Assembly: GCA_963728745.1 (NCBI GenBank)
Contig: CAVSKY010000001.1
Coordinates: forward strand, 329,972 to 393,971
DNA from: an uncultured Chloroflexia bacterium
GTDB taxonomy: Bacteria; Chloroflexota; Limnocylindria; Limnocylindrales; CSP1-4
Length of the DNA stretch: 64,000 nt
Reading direction: 5' to 3'
In this document: positions 55,846 to 64,000 of the stretch, piece after piece
Layout: every line of letters begins with the position of its first letter
Numbering within the stretch: position 1 is the first letter of the stretch
Program-made: the position numbers and the translations under genes
Notes under the pieces: generated by a model
What the model saw: the letters and a program-made list of their open reading frames with translations, nothing else
Databases searched by the model: none
What the model was told of the DNA's origin: nothing

Positions 55846-56468
55846 TGGCTGCGACCCCGGACAAGGACGACGGTCTCAAGCGGCTCGGCGGCGGCCGCTG
55901 GCAGTCCCGCGACGAGCGCTTCACCATCGAGCCGCAATCGGGGACCTGGGCGGTCGTTGATGCCGAGCAGACAGATGACCTGGGCTTGCCGCTGGTGCGC
56001 GGCCCGTTCAAGAGCCTGACCGCCGCGAAGGCCGCGATCGGCGAGGCGCGGGGCACGGAGGCACCGACATCGTCGCTCAGATCGCGACCGGCGCCGACGG
56101 CCGAGAAACCGACGAAGGCATCCAAGGTCGCAGCGTCGGAACCCGAAGAACCCAAGGAGCCGCGCTGGATGCGCGACCTCGAACCGGCCGATCGACGGCG
56201 GGCCGCTCGGCTCATCGAGCTGCTCACCAAGGCCGACGCGTCCGACGCGGAAGGCATGGCCCGCCGCGACATGGTCGGTGACGTGCCGGCCGTGGCGGGG
56301 TTCGCCGTCGAGCGGGCGATCCGGGGGCTCGGGTCGAAGGCGACGCCGGGCGCGGTCGCCGACCTGCTTGCCGACGGGCGCGACAGCGAGCTCGGGGTGC
56401 GGTGGCGCCTCGTCGATGGCGATGGCCGCCCGATCTCTATCGAGACCGACGCACTCCAGAAGGAGTGA
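55845..56468 (+). CDS. Hypothetical protein
   Basis: ATG overlaps the upstream stop (TGATG). Charged, Ala-rich, no motif. Confidence 0.5.
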   Translation: MAATPDKDDGLKRLGGGRWQSRDERFTIEPQSGTWAVVDAEQTDDLGLPLVRGPFKSLTAAKAAIGEARGTEAPTSSLRSRPAPTAEKPTKASKVAASEPEEPKEPRWMRDLEPADRRRAARLIELLTKADASDAEGMARRDMVGDVPAVAGFAVERAIRGLGSKATPGAVADLLADGRDSELGVRWRLVDGDGRPISIETDALQKE

Positions 56469-56483
56469 CACCCGCTGGCTGCC

Positions 56484-56640
56484 GCTGGAACATGCCGATG
56501 TTCCAAGCGACGAAGGAAGGGGCAGAAGCCACTCGCTCCACCGCTATTTGGAATATCCACACGTTCCAAACGGCCAACGAGGGCATGATTCCTGCCCATT
56601 TCGCCGGTCTCCTTCGCTGATCGGCACATCGGGATGTTCC
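56484..56640. repeat. Cluster C of GGAAC/GTTCC hairpin palindromes (two full copies with 8-nt spacer and one half-site)
   Basis: gcTGGAACatgccgatGTTCCAagc, ttTGGAATatccacacGTTCCAaa, gatGTTCCAaacg. Begins 16 nt after the upstream stop and ends 39 nt before the HTH gene. Confidence 0.6.
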
Positions 56641-56678
56641 AAACGCACATCGGCACCATCTGGCATACCGTGCGACCC

Positions 56679-56936
56679 ATGGACGATCACCTTTCGACCG
56701 AGCACGTCGCCTGGATCCTCGATCGCTCGCCGGAAGCGGTCCGCGACATGATCCGCGACGGCGAGATCGAGGGGGCACGGATTCCCGCTGGCTTCCGGAT
56801 CCCCAAGGCAGAGGCGCTTCGACTCGCCCGCGAGCGGATCGAGGCCGAGGCCGGTCGGAAGATGTCCGATCGTCAGCTGGAGCGCGTGATCGACGAGCTC
56901 ATCGCGACGAACGAGGAGCGCCGCGAGCGCTCCTGA
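56679..56936 (+). CDS. Excisionase/MerR-family helix-turn-helix DNA-binding protein
   Basis: LSTEHVAWILDRSPEAVRDMIRDGEIEGARIPAGFRIPKAEALRL matches the excisionase-family HTH domain. Confidence 0.65.
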   Translation: MDDHLSTEHVAWILDRSPEAVRDMIRDGEIEGARIPAGFRIPKAEALRLARERIEAEAGRKMSDRQLERVIDELIATNEERRERS

Positions 56937-56951
56937 CCGACCGCGCGACGC

Positions 56952-57461
56952 TCACTCCCTGACGAGCGGCCAGAACAGCTCCGTCCGCGATGTCGCCATG
57001 TCCGCGGCGCCGGGAACGTCGACGTACGACTCCCATGCGCCGACGCCGTCGTCGTAGCCAGGCTGCGCGTGGATCCAGTCGTGGAGGGCGTCGTACGTCG
57101 CCGGCAGATCGTCGTAGGAACCGACATGCACGGTGCGCGCGACCGGCCCGCCCGGCAGCTCGGACAGGCCGACCTCGCCCTGCTCTCGCGACGCAAGCGC
57201 CGGCAGGTCGGGCGGTGTCGCAACGGGGAACCCGATCTCGACATCGACGACATCCGGCCCGAACTGGTGATACCGGCCGAACGGCGCGCCACCGATCGCG
57301 CCACCGTTCGCGCCGATCTCCGAGGCGACCAGCGGCATGAATCGGTCGAACGCGGATGCCAGATCGAGCTCCGCCATCGGCTGCTGGATGCGGACCGCAG
57401 CCGTCTGTTGTGGCTCCAGCTCGACGATCTCCGTGTCGGTGAGGGTGCGCGAGTCAGTCAT
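56952..57461 (-). CDS. GyrI-like small-molecule-binding domain protein
   Basis: 169-aa ORF with duplicated beta-alpha-beta pattern typical of GyrI/SbmC effector-binding domains. Assignment tentative. Confidence 0.5.
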   Translation of the reverse strand: MTDSRTLTDTEIVELEPQQTAAVRIQQPMAELDLASAFDRFMPLVASEIGANGGAIGGAPFGRYHQFGPDVVDVEIGFPVATPPDLPALASREQGEVGLSELPGGPVARTVHVGSYDDLPATYDALHDWIHAQPGYDDGVGAWESYVDVPGAADMATSRTELFWPLVRE

Positions 57462-57533
57462 GTCTGCTCCCCATCAGCATGTCGACAAGTATGCCGACGT
57501 CCGCTTCGAGCGGTCGCTGATGGCGAGGCACGC

Positions 57534-58439
57534 TCAGCTCGGCACGTCGCGCCGCGCGACGAGATCCTCGATCAGCGGGATCGTCTCAGGCGGCAGGTGG
57601 CCCGCCGCTGCGAACCGTCGAAGGTGCTCGCCGCTGCGTGCCTCGACTTGCTGCGCCGCGGCGAACCATCGGCGTGCGTCGTCGAGGCGCCCCGCGCGGG
57701 CCGCGAACAGCGATGCCCAGAGCGTCAGCATGTCGTCGTCGGGCGCGAGCTCGTGCGCGCCGTCCATGGCCAGAGCGGCAGCCTCGAGGTCACCGGCCGT
57801 CGACTGCTGCTCGGCGCGATCGAACGCCTCGTACGCTCGCGCGAGTCGTACCAGCCTCGCCAACTCATCGAGCGGCGTGCGGCTGTCCTCGACCCGCAGG
57901 TCGTACCGCGTCGCCCACGCCGGCCCGGTCGCCGGCACGACGAGGATCGCCGCCGACTGGCGCCCACGAACGTCGCCACCCTCGCGCTCGGCCGCGACGA
58001 GCGCGGCCATCAGCCGATCGGCCAGCCCGCCGCCGGTCGACCGATAGGCTTCGGCCATGGCCGGCCACACGGTCGGGCGCTCCATCATGTTGGCCTGGAT
58101 CGACAGCCCGTCTTCGGTCACGTGCCCTGCCGCCTCGACGCAACGTGACCCCGTGTGTGCGGCAGACCGCCCGCGAGCATCGACCATCCCCACCTGGCGG
58201 GTGTCGCTCCCGGGATCGTCCGCGAGGAGCGCTTCGAGCGCGTCGTCCGGCGACGCACCGTCACGCATCCGCGCCAGGCCCAGCGGCCCATAGCTCTCTT
58301 CGGCGAAGGACTGCGTCGCGACCGCGCCGACCCCAGGCTCCGCCCACGGTACGATCGAGCCGACGTTCGGCCAGCGAGTCTGGACGGCCACGCCGAGCTC
58401 CCCGGTGTCGGCGTCGCGGGCGACGATCGAGTACGTCAT
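57534..58439 (-). CDS. DUF1028 (Ntn-hydrolase fold) family protein with C-terminal helical extension
   Basis: N-terminal MTYSIVARDADTGELGVAVQT is the hallmark start of DUF1028 proteins. Confidence 0.65.
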   Translation of the reverse strand: MTYSIVARDADTGELGVAVQTRWPNVGSIVPWAEPGVGAVATQSFAEESYGPLGLARMRDGASPDDALEALLADDPGSDTRQVGMVDARGRSAAHTGSRCVEAAGHVTEDGLSIQANMMERPTVWPAMAEAYRSTGGGLADRLMAALVAAEREGGDVRGRQSAAILVVPATGPAWATRYDLRVEDSRTPLDELARLVRLARAYEAFDRAEQQSTAGDLEAAALAMDGAHELAPDDDMLTLWASLFAARAGRLDDARRWFAAAQQVEARSGEHLRRFAAAGHLPPETIPLIEDLVARRDVPS

Positions 58440-58571
58440 GCTGCCTCCTCCGCTGGCAGCGTACGCCGCCGTTGACCTGCAAGACAGCCGTCACGCGCGA
58501 GCGGGCAGCCCGGACCCGGACGCCACGGTCGACCGCATAGGGTCGCTTCTACTCCCCAGTCGAGGTGCCCC

Positions 58572-58970
58572 ATGTCCGTTCGCCGCTCCGTCCTTGGCCT
58601 CGTGGCTTCCGCCGCCTTCGGGCTGGCCGCGTGCTCCGGAGCCACCGCTTCGCCATCGATCGCGATCCCGTCCGACCTGCCGACCGTTCCGGCGAGCATC
58701 TCCTCGGAGGGGCTCGAAGGCTTCTGCGCCGACTTCGTGAACGAGTTGCAGACCGATTGGCCGAACATCGACGCGACGACCGCCTCAGCGCTCGCCTCCG
58801 TCGTGACCTCGTGGTCCACGAACCCTGAGCTGTCGACCATCTCGGGCGACGTGCAGGCGATCGGCGCCTGGCTGTCGGCAGCAGCGAGCGCGACCAGCGT
58901 GCCGAGCCCGACGGCCGAGGTGCAGACCGCGTTCACCAACATCGAAGCGTTCGCCGAAGCCAACTGCTAG
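58572..58970 (+). CDS. Lipoprotein (lipobox LAAC)
   Basis: MSVRRSVLGLVASAAFGLAACSG signal peptide with lipobox Cys. Confidence 0.6.
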   Translation: MSVRRSVLGLVASAAFGLAACSGATASPSIAIPSDLPTVPASISSEGLEGFCADFVNELQTDWPNIDATTASALASVVTSWSTNPELSTISGDVQAIGAWLSAAASATSVPSPTAEVQTAFTNIEAFAEANC

Positions 58971-58979
58971 GTCGGCCGG

Positions 58980-60635
58980 CTAGGACCTTCCACACTCGTT
59001 GAGGATCGTCGCGACCGCCGTCGAGAGGCGGCGGCGCGCGTCCTCGAGGGTGTCGAGCGGCGCGAGCCCGTGTTCGGTGATCTCGCGCCGCACCGATGCC
59101 ACCACGCGGTCGCGCACGCGCCCCGCCCAGCGCCGGCCGACCCAACCGGCATGGATTCCCAGAGCCCTGGCTAGGACATAGCCGATCAAGATGGACGCGA
59201 TGAGCGCCACGAACGGGATCGGCACAGTCCCGACGACCGGAAGATCGACCGAATCGACCGGCGGGCGCGCGAGGATCCAGACCACGACCCACGCCGCCGA
59301 CACGGCGATGGCGAGGGTCGCCAGCGTCTGGAACAGGCCGAACAGCCACCAGACACGGCTGCTCGGAGCCTCGAGCCGGTCGAGTCCGGCGATCCCTCGA
59401 CCGACCGCACGCTCGAGGCCCGCTCGCAGCTCGCCGGGTTCGAGCGCCGCCGCCAGCTTCGGCCGGACGATCGGAGTCGCATCGGCGAGCGAGCCGCCGA
59501 GGGCGCCACGTAATGCTTCGACGGCGGGCGTGAGCGGCGCTCGCTCCCGCCATCGCGCGAGATAGCCGTTGGGGTCGGCCACCTGCGTCTCACGACCGGA
59601 CAGCTTGTACACGAGCGACGTGAGATGACCCATGGGGCCGGTGCCGCGGGCGCGCGCCTGGGCCCGCGTTGCCGCGACCGCCTGGCGCTGCAGGCCCTCG
59701 AGGTCGATCGATCGGAGGGTGGCACGGATCGCCTCATCGGTGGCCTTCGTCCGTGCTGCTGGATCCAGGAACGGCCGTGCACCACCGGCCGGATCGAGGC
59801 CGGCATCGCGCGCCAGCTGGCGGGCCACATCCAGGACGGTCGCCGCCACGCGCGCCCGCACGACCGCCTTGGCCGCCGCCCCATCCGCGAGCCACGCTCG
59901 GAACTCGTCGAGCTCGGGCTCGGGGACCGCGCTCGTCATGAGGACCGGAACGGCCGGGCGGTCGCTGGCCAGGAGGCGCCGCCCGAGATCGCCCTCCAGA
60001 TCGCGCCGGATGCGTGGTCGATCGTCCGTCGCCAGTCGATCGGCCTTGTTGACGACGACGGCCTGCCGGTCGAGCCGCGGGACCCACGTGCGCAGGAACG
60101 CGTCGTGCAAGACGGCGTCGTGGTACTTCTCGAGGTCGGTCACCCAGGCGACCGCATCGACGCGAGGCAGCAGCGCTTCGACCCGCTCGCGATGCGCTGG
60201 CTCGATCGAATCCATGTCCGGCAGATCCAGGATGGCCACCGACTTCAGGTCTGGCGAGTCATGGTCGCGGATCTCGCGGACGTCGAGCCACTCCAGGAGC
60301 GGTGCCAGGGATGCCACCTCCGCCGCCGGGACCCATGCGATCGGGTCGCTGGTGGTCGGTCGACGCGCCGATGCCGGACTGACGTCGAGACCTGCCAGCG
60401 CGTTGAGCAGGCTGGATTTGCCGACACCCGTCCCGCCCACCAGGGCCAGCACGTAGGCATCCGATGGGAACCCCAGACGACCGGTCGCGTCGGCATGCAC
60501 CGCCCGAGCCCGGTCGGCGGGCACGCCAAGGACACCCGCCGCTTCCGCTGCCTGGACCAGCGTGGCGAGGCATCGCCGCAGCGCATCGCCGGCCTCGTCG
60601 ATCGGCGCAACGGCTGGGGCGGTAGGGGTGGTCAT
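58980..60635 (-). CDS. Dynamin-like GTPase family protein with C-terminal TM anchor (second of a coupled pair)
   Basis: P-loop LVGGTGVGKSSLLNAL, DLPD (G3), NKAD (G4). Hydrophobic C-terminus. Start ATG overlaps the stop of the upstream GTPase (ATGA). Confidence 0.75.
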   Translation of the reverse strand: MTTPTAPAVAPIDEAGDALRRCLATLVQAAEAAGVLGVPADRARAVHADATGRLGFPSDAYVLALVGGTGVGKSSLLNALAGLDVSPASARRPTTSDPIAWVPAAEVASLAPLLEWLDVREIRDHDSPDLKSVAILDLPDMDSIEPAHRERVEALLPRVDAVAWVTDLEKYHDAVLHDAFLRTWVPRLDRQAVVVNKADRLATDDRPRIRRDLEGDLGRRLLASDRPAVPVLMTSAVPEPELDEFRAWLADGAAAKAVVRARVAATVLDVARQLARDAGLDPAGGARPFLDPAARTKATDEAIRATLRSIDLEGLQRQAVAATRAQARARGTGPMGHLTSLVYKLSGRETQVADPNGYLARWRERAPLTPAVEALRGALGGSLADATPIVRPKLAAALEPGELRAGLERAVGRGIAGLDRLEAPSSRVWWLFGLFQTLATLAIAVSAAWVVVWILARPPVDSVDLPVVGTVPIPFVALIASILIGYVLARALGIHAGWVGRRWAGRVRDRVVASVRREITEHGLAPLDTLEDARRRLSTAVATILNECGRS

Positions 60636-62341
60636 CCGGCAGGGCTCGGAAGGCTGCGCACGTCGGCCGCAGAGGTCCGCAGATCGACGGCGAGGTCCGC
60701 CAGCACGCCCGGCGCCGGCAGCAACGCATCGAACCGTGCCCGCTCCTCGTCGAACGTCGCGCTGAGCGCCTCGTCGAGCCGGCGCTTCGCGTCGGCGACA
60801 AGCTCGGCCATGGCAGCCTCGCCGAACAGCGCCGCCAGGAGCTTCTGGTTGAGAAACGCTGTCGCTGCGGCGACGCCCAGCTCCGTGCCGGTGATGCCGC
60901 CCGTGTGGATGAACGTGGCGAGCATCACGCCCGTGCCCATCGCGTTCACGCCGACCGCCGCGCCCCGTGCGAGCAGCCGCTTCGGCCGGCCGTGCGCCTG
61001 GATGTCGGTCACGATCCCCTCGATCCAGGCCTCCAACCTTCCGCTCAGGCGCGCGTCGAAGTCGGGGGAGGGGACCCACAACTCGGGCTGCTCCGCGAGT
61101 GACCGCGCGACTGCCATGGAATCCGACCACGCCGTCGCCGTTCGGCGGGCCGCCTCGGCCGCCTGGAGCCGGGCCACCGCGATCATGTCTTCCGTTGTCG
61201 CGGCCCGGACCTCGGCGACGGGGGCCGTGACGGGCCGGAACACGGCGGCGATCGCCCCACGGATCCGGCCGATCCCCTCCGAGAAGAAGCGCGTGATCTG
61301 ATCGGCGCCGACGAAGTCCTGCCAGTGCCGCAGCGCTTCCTCGCGCAGGAACGTGCCCCGCCCGACCTCCATCCGCAATGACGTCAGCGCTCCCTCGTAC
61401 GCGCGGTCGGCTGCGCGTCGGAGCGCCTCCGTATCGATGGCCTCGTGGTCCGCGTCGTCGGCGATCTGGTCGAGGCTCTCCCCGAGACCGGTGAGCGAGC
61501 CGGTCAACGCCCGCAGCGCCAACTCGATCCGTGCGTCGCGATCGGCACGCAGCCGGGCGATCTCGTCGAGCACCGGGGCGATCGCCATCCGATCGAGGCG
61601 GTCCCCGCTCTCGTCCAGCGCGCCTTCACGCACGGCGATGACCTCCCACGCCGGCCCCTCGGCGGGCGTCTGGACGCTCTCGAGGCCGGCCTCGGACAGG
61701 AGCCGCTGGACATCGGCGACCACGTCGGCCTGATCCGTCGCATCGGCCGGCATCCGGTTCACGATCACCTGGAGCGGGAGGCCCCGCTCGCGGACCCGCT
61801 CGAGGACGGCCCAGGGGACACGGTCCGCGTAGCGGGTCGCCGTGGTGACGAACAGGCACAGGTCGGCCGCCTCGACGAGGCGATCGGCGAGCTCCCGATT
61901 GGCGTGTTCGATCGAGTCGATGTCGGGCGCGTCGACGAGGACGAGTCCGGGCTCGATGTTCGGGTCCTCGACGAAGCGCAGCTGGCCGGGCGGGACCCTC
62001 GCGAAAGCGCCGGTCTGCACGGTGTCGCGGTCGCCCGGATGGAGGAGGACGACGGCGACGCGCGTCGTCGGACGGAGGACGCCGGTCTCGCTGGCCGGCC
62101 AGCCGACGATCGTGTTGAAGACAGTGCTCTTGCCAGCGCCGGTCGGCCCGATCAGCACGACGAGTAGCGGCGCGTCGAGTGCATCGGCTCGGACACGGAC
62201 GTGCCCGGCGAGATGGTCGGCGAGCTGCCTGGCGCGCGCCGCGGCGCCCTCGCCACTCGGTCGCGTCCCGAGACGCCGCGCCGACAACGCCTCCAGGCGG
62301 TCGACCAACGCGCGCAGATCCGGAGGGGCGATCCCACTCAT
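60632..62341 (-). CDS. Dynamin-like GTPase family protein (first of a coupled pair)
   Basis: P-loop LIGPTGAGKSTVFNTIVG, DAPD (G3), NRMPAD (G4-like). The real start (MSGIAPPDL, 62341) lies downstream of the antisense shadow of uvrA. Confidence 0.75.
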   Translation of the reverse strand: MSGIAPPDLRALVDRLEALSARRLGTRPSGEGAAARARQLADHLAGHVRVRADALDAPLLVVLIGPTGAGKSTVFNTIVGWPASETGVLRPTTRVAVVLLHPGDRDTVQTGAFARVPPGQLRFVEDPNIEPGLVLVDAPDIDSIEHANRELADRLVEAADLCLFVTTATRYADRVPWAVLERVRERGLPLQVIVNRMPADATDQADVVADVQRLLSEAGLESVQTPAEGPAWEVIAVREGALDESGDRLDRMAIAPVLDEIARLRADRDARIELALRALTGSLTGLGESLDQIADDADHEAIDTEALRRAADRAYEGALTSLRMEVGRGTFLREEALRHWQDFVGADQITRFFSEGIGRIRGAIAAVFRPVTAPVAEVRAATTEDMIAVARLQAAEAARRTATAWSDSMAVARSLAEQPELWVPSPDFDARLSGRLEAWIEGIVTDIQAHGRPKRLLARGAAVGVNAMGTGVMLATFIHTGGITGTELGVAAATAFLNQKLLAALFGEAAMAELVADAKRRLDEALSATFDEERARFDALLPAPGVLADLAVDLRTSAADVRSLPSPAG

Positions 62342-62482
62342 GCGTGCACCGTAGCCGCAACGTGTGGGCAACGTGTCGTATGAACGCGGACCGCCCCGTC
62401 GCATGTGGGTTGCAGCGATGTCGCATACGGCCCACGCGGCCCGCGCAAGCACGGGTCGGCCCGCCTTCGGTAGCCTTAGGCC

Positions 62483-64000
62483 ATGACCGAGTACATCGAG
62501 CTCCGGGGCGCGCGCGAGAACAACCTCAAGGACATCTCGCTGCGCGTGCCGAAGCGCCAGATCACGATCTTCACAGGCGTATCGGGCTCCGGGAAGTCGT
62601 CCGTCGTGTTCGATACGATCGCCACCGAGGCCCAGCGCCAGCTCTACGAGAACTTCACGTATTTCGTCCGCAACTTCCTGCCGCGCTACCCGCAGCCAGA
62701 GGCGGACGCGATCGAGAACCTGAGCATGGCGATCATCGTCGACCAGAAGCGGCTCGGTGGCGGCTCGCACTCGACGGTCGGGACGATCACCGACATCTTC
62801 ACCCTGCTCCGACTCCTGTTCTCGCGCGTCGGCAAACCACACGTCGGCTACTCGAACGCCTTCTCGTTCAACGACCCGCAGGGCAGGTGCCCGGAGTGCA
62901 ACGGCATCGGCCGCAAGGTCGGCTTCGCCGTAGACGAGTTCATCGACCGCTCGAAGTCGCTCAACGACGGCGCCATCCAGGTCCCGTTCTGGGTCGGCTG
63001 GGAGACCGGCGGCTATGCGGCCTCCGGCTTCTTCGACAACGACAAGAAGCTTGAGGACTACAGCGCCGAGGAGATGGACCTGCTCCTGTACGGCAAGGAC
63101 CGCAAGTACAAGCTCGCGATCGGCGACAAGACGATGAACGCGAGCTACCTGGGCGTCATCGAGAAGCTCGAGCGCTCCTATGTCCGGCGCGACCTCAAGA
63201 CCTATGGCGAGCGGACGCAGAAGAACGTCGCACCGTACCTCCGTGAACGCCCGTGCCCGCTGTGCAAGGGCGCTCGGCTGAGCCAAGCGGCCCTCGGATC
63301 GAAGATCGATGGCCACAACATCGCCGAGCTCGCGTCCATGGAGGTCGGGGACCTGATCGCGATCCTTCGTCTCATGACCGACCCGATCGCCGAGCCGATC
63401 GTCGCGTCGCTCGTCGAGCGGCTGCAGGCGATGGTCGACATCGGGCTCGAATACCTGAGCCTCGACCGCGAGACCGACACGCTTTCCGGCGGCGAGTCAC
63501 AGCGCATCAAGATGGTCAAACACCTGGGCAGCAGCCTGGTCGACGCGATGTACATCCTCGATGAGCCCAGCATCGGGCTCCATCCGCGCGACGTGCACCG
63601 ACTGACCGGGCTCATGCAGCAGCTTCGCGACAAGGGCAACACCGTCATCGTCGTGGAACACGACCCCGATGTGATGCAGGTCGCCGATCACCTCATCGAC
63701 ATGGGTCCGGGCGCCGGTGACGGCGGCGGCGAAGTCGTCTTCGAGGGCGCGTTCGCGGATCTGAAGCACACCGACACGCTCACCGGCCGCTACCTGGACC
63801 GATCGCTGCCGATCAAGGAGCGCGTGCGCACGCCGGCCGACTGGTTGCCGATCCGGAACGCGCGCGAGAACAACCTCAAGGGCGTCGACGTCGACATCCC
63901 GACCGCGGTCCTGACCGTCATCACCGGCGTGGCCGGTTCGGGCAAGAGCTCGCTCATCGACGGCGTATTCCTGCCAATGCATCCCGAGGCGATCGTGATC
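62483..64000 (+). CDS. UvrA-like ABC ATPase, class II paralog lacking the UvrB-binding domain (3'-partial)
   Basis: Walker A GVSGSGKSS at aa about 33. Zinc finger (FSFNDPQGRCPECNGIG) follows the first signature region after only about 100 aa, leaving no room for the UvrB-binding domain. Second Walker A GVAGSGKSS near the window end. Confidence 0.8.
   Translation, partial: MTEYIELRGARENNLKDISLRVPKRQITIFTGVSGSGKSSVVFDTIATEAQRQLYENFTYFVRNFLPRYPQPEADAIENLSMAIIVDQKRLGGGSHSTVGTITDIFTLLRLLFSRVGKPHVGYSNAFSFNDPQGRCPECNGIGRKVGFAVDEFIDRSKSLNDGAIQVPFWVGWETGGYAASGFFDNDKKLEDYSAEEMDLLLYGKDRKYKLAIGDKTMNASYLGVIEKLERSYVRRDLKTYGERTQKNVAPYLRERPCPLCKGARLSQAALGSKIDGHNIAELASMEVGDLIAILRLMTDPIAEPIVASLVERLQAMVDIGLEYLSLDRETDTLSGGESQRIKMVKHLGSSLVDAMYILDEPSIGLHPRDVHRLTGLMQQLRDKGNTVIVVEHDPDVMQVADHLIDMGPGAGDGGGEVVFEGAFADLKHTDTLTGRYLDRSLPIKERVRTPADWLPIRNARENNLKGVDVDIPTAVLTVITGVAGSGKSSLIDGVFLPMHPEAIVI

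Noticed and set aside
62342-63316. N-terminal 325 aa of the 894-aa minus-strand ORF 60632-63316
   Set aside because: It is antisense to the well-supported uvrA-like gene. The GTPase homology begins only at MSGIAPPDL (62341), so the gene was trimmed to 60632-62341.

Overview
High-GC (~70%) chromosomal segment with actinobacterial-type gene order. The conserved core on the + strand carries MEP-pathway and transcription/translation genes: dxr, rseP, ispG, nusA, ylxR, infB, rbfA, nrnA, truB, a ribF-like gene, rpsO and pnp. These are followed by asd, a family-4 UDG, rnj, ftsK, a RodZ-like HTH protein, a CinA C-terminal domain gene and a Mur ligase. From about 26 kb to 58 kb the content is accessory: small stress, detoxification and DNA-repair genes. 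They include two Ddn-like F420-dependent reductases, AlkZ-like and AlkD-like DNA glycosylases, an AAC(2') acetyltransferase, ArsR and PadR regulators, a P450, an amidase, VOC and GNAT proteins, two adenylate cyclases, an orphan modB and a rhodanese. The window ends with two translationally coupled dynamin-like GTPases that are divergent from a class-II (UvrB-binding-domain-less) UvrA paralog. No rRNA or tRNA genes, CRISPR arrays, transposases or integrases were recognised. The most unusual features are: (1) a PNPase whose alpha-helical linker carries an in-frame DnaQ-like DEDDh 3'-5' exonuclease domain; (2) a family of GC-rich hairpin palindromes (T-GGAAC-N7/8-GTTCC-A) clustered in three intergenic regions; (3) an Ile/Val/Leu-rich 24-codon micro-ORF translationally coupled to an AHAS-like TPP enzyme; (4) apparent frame problems in dxr and ylxR; (5) a nusA with a basic repeat tail and a ribF with a vestigial kinase domain. 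Manual coordinates may be off by 1-2 nt; coordinates taken from the ORF track include the stop codon.
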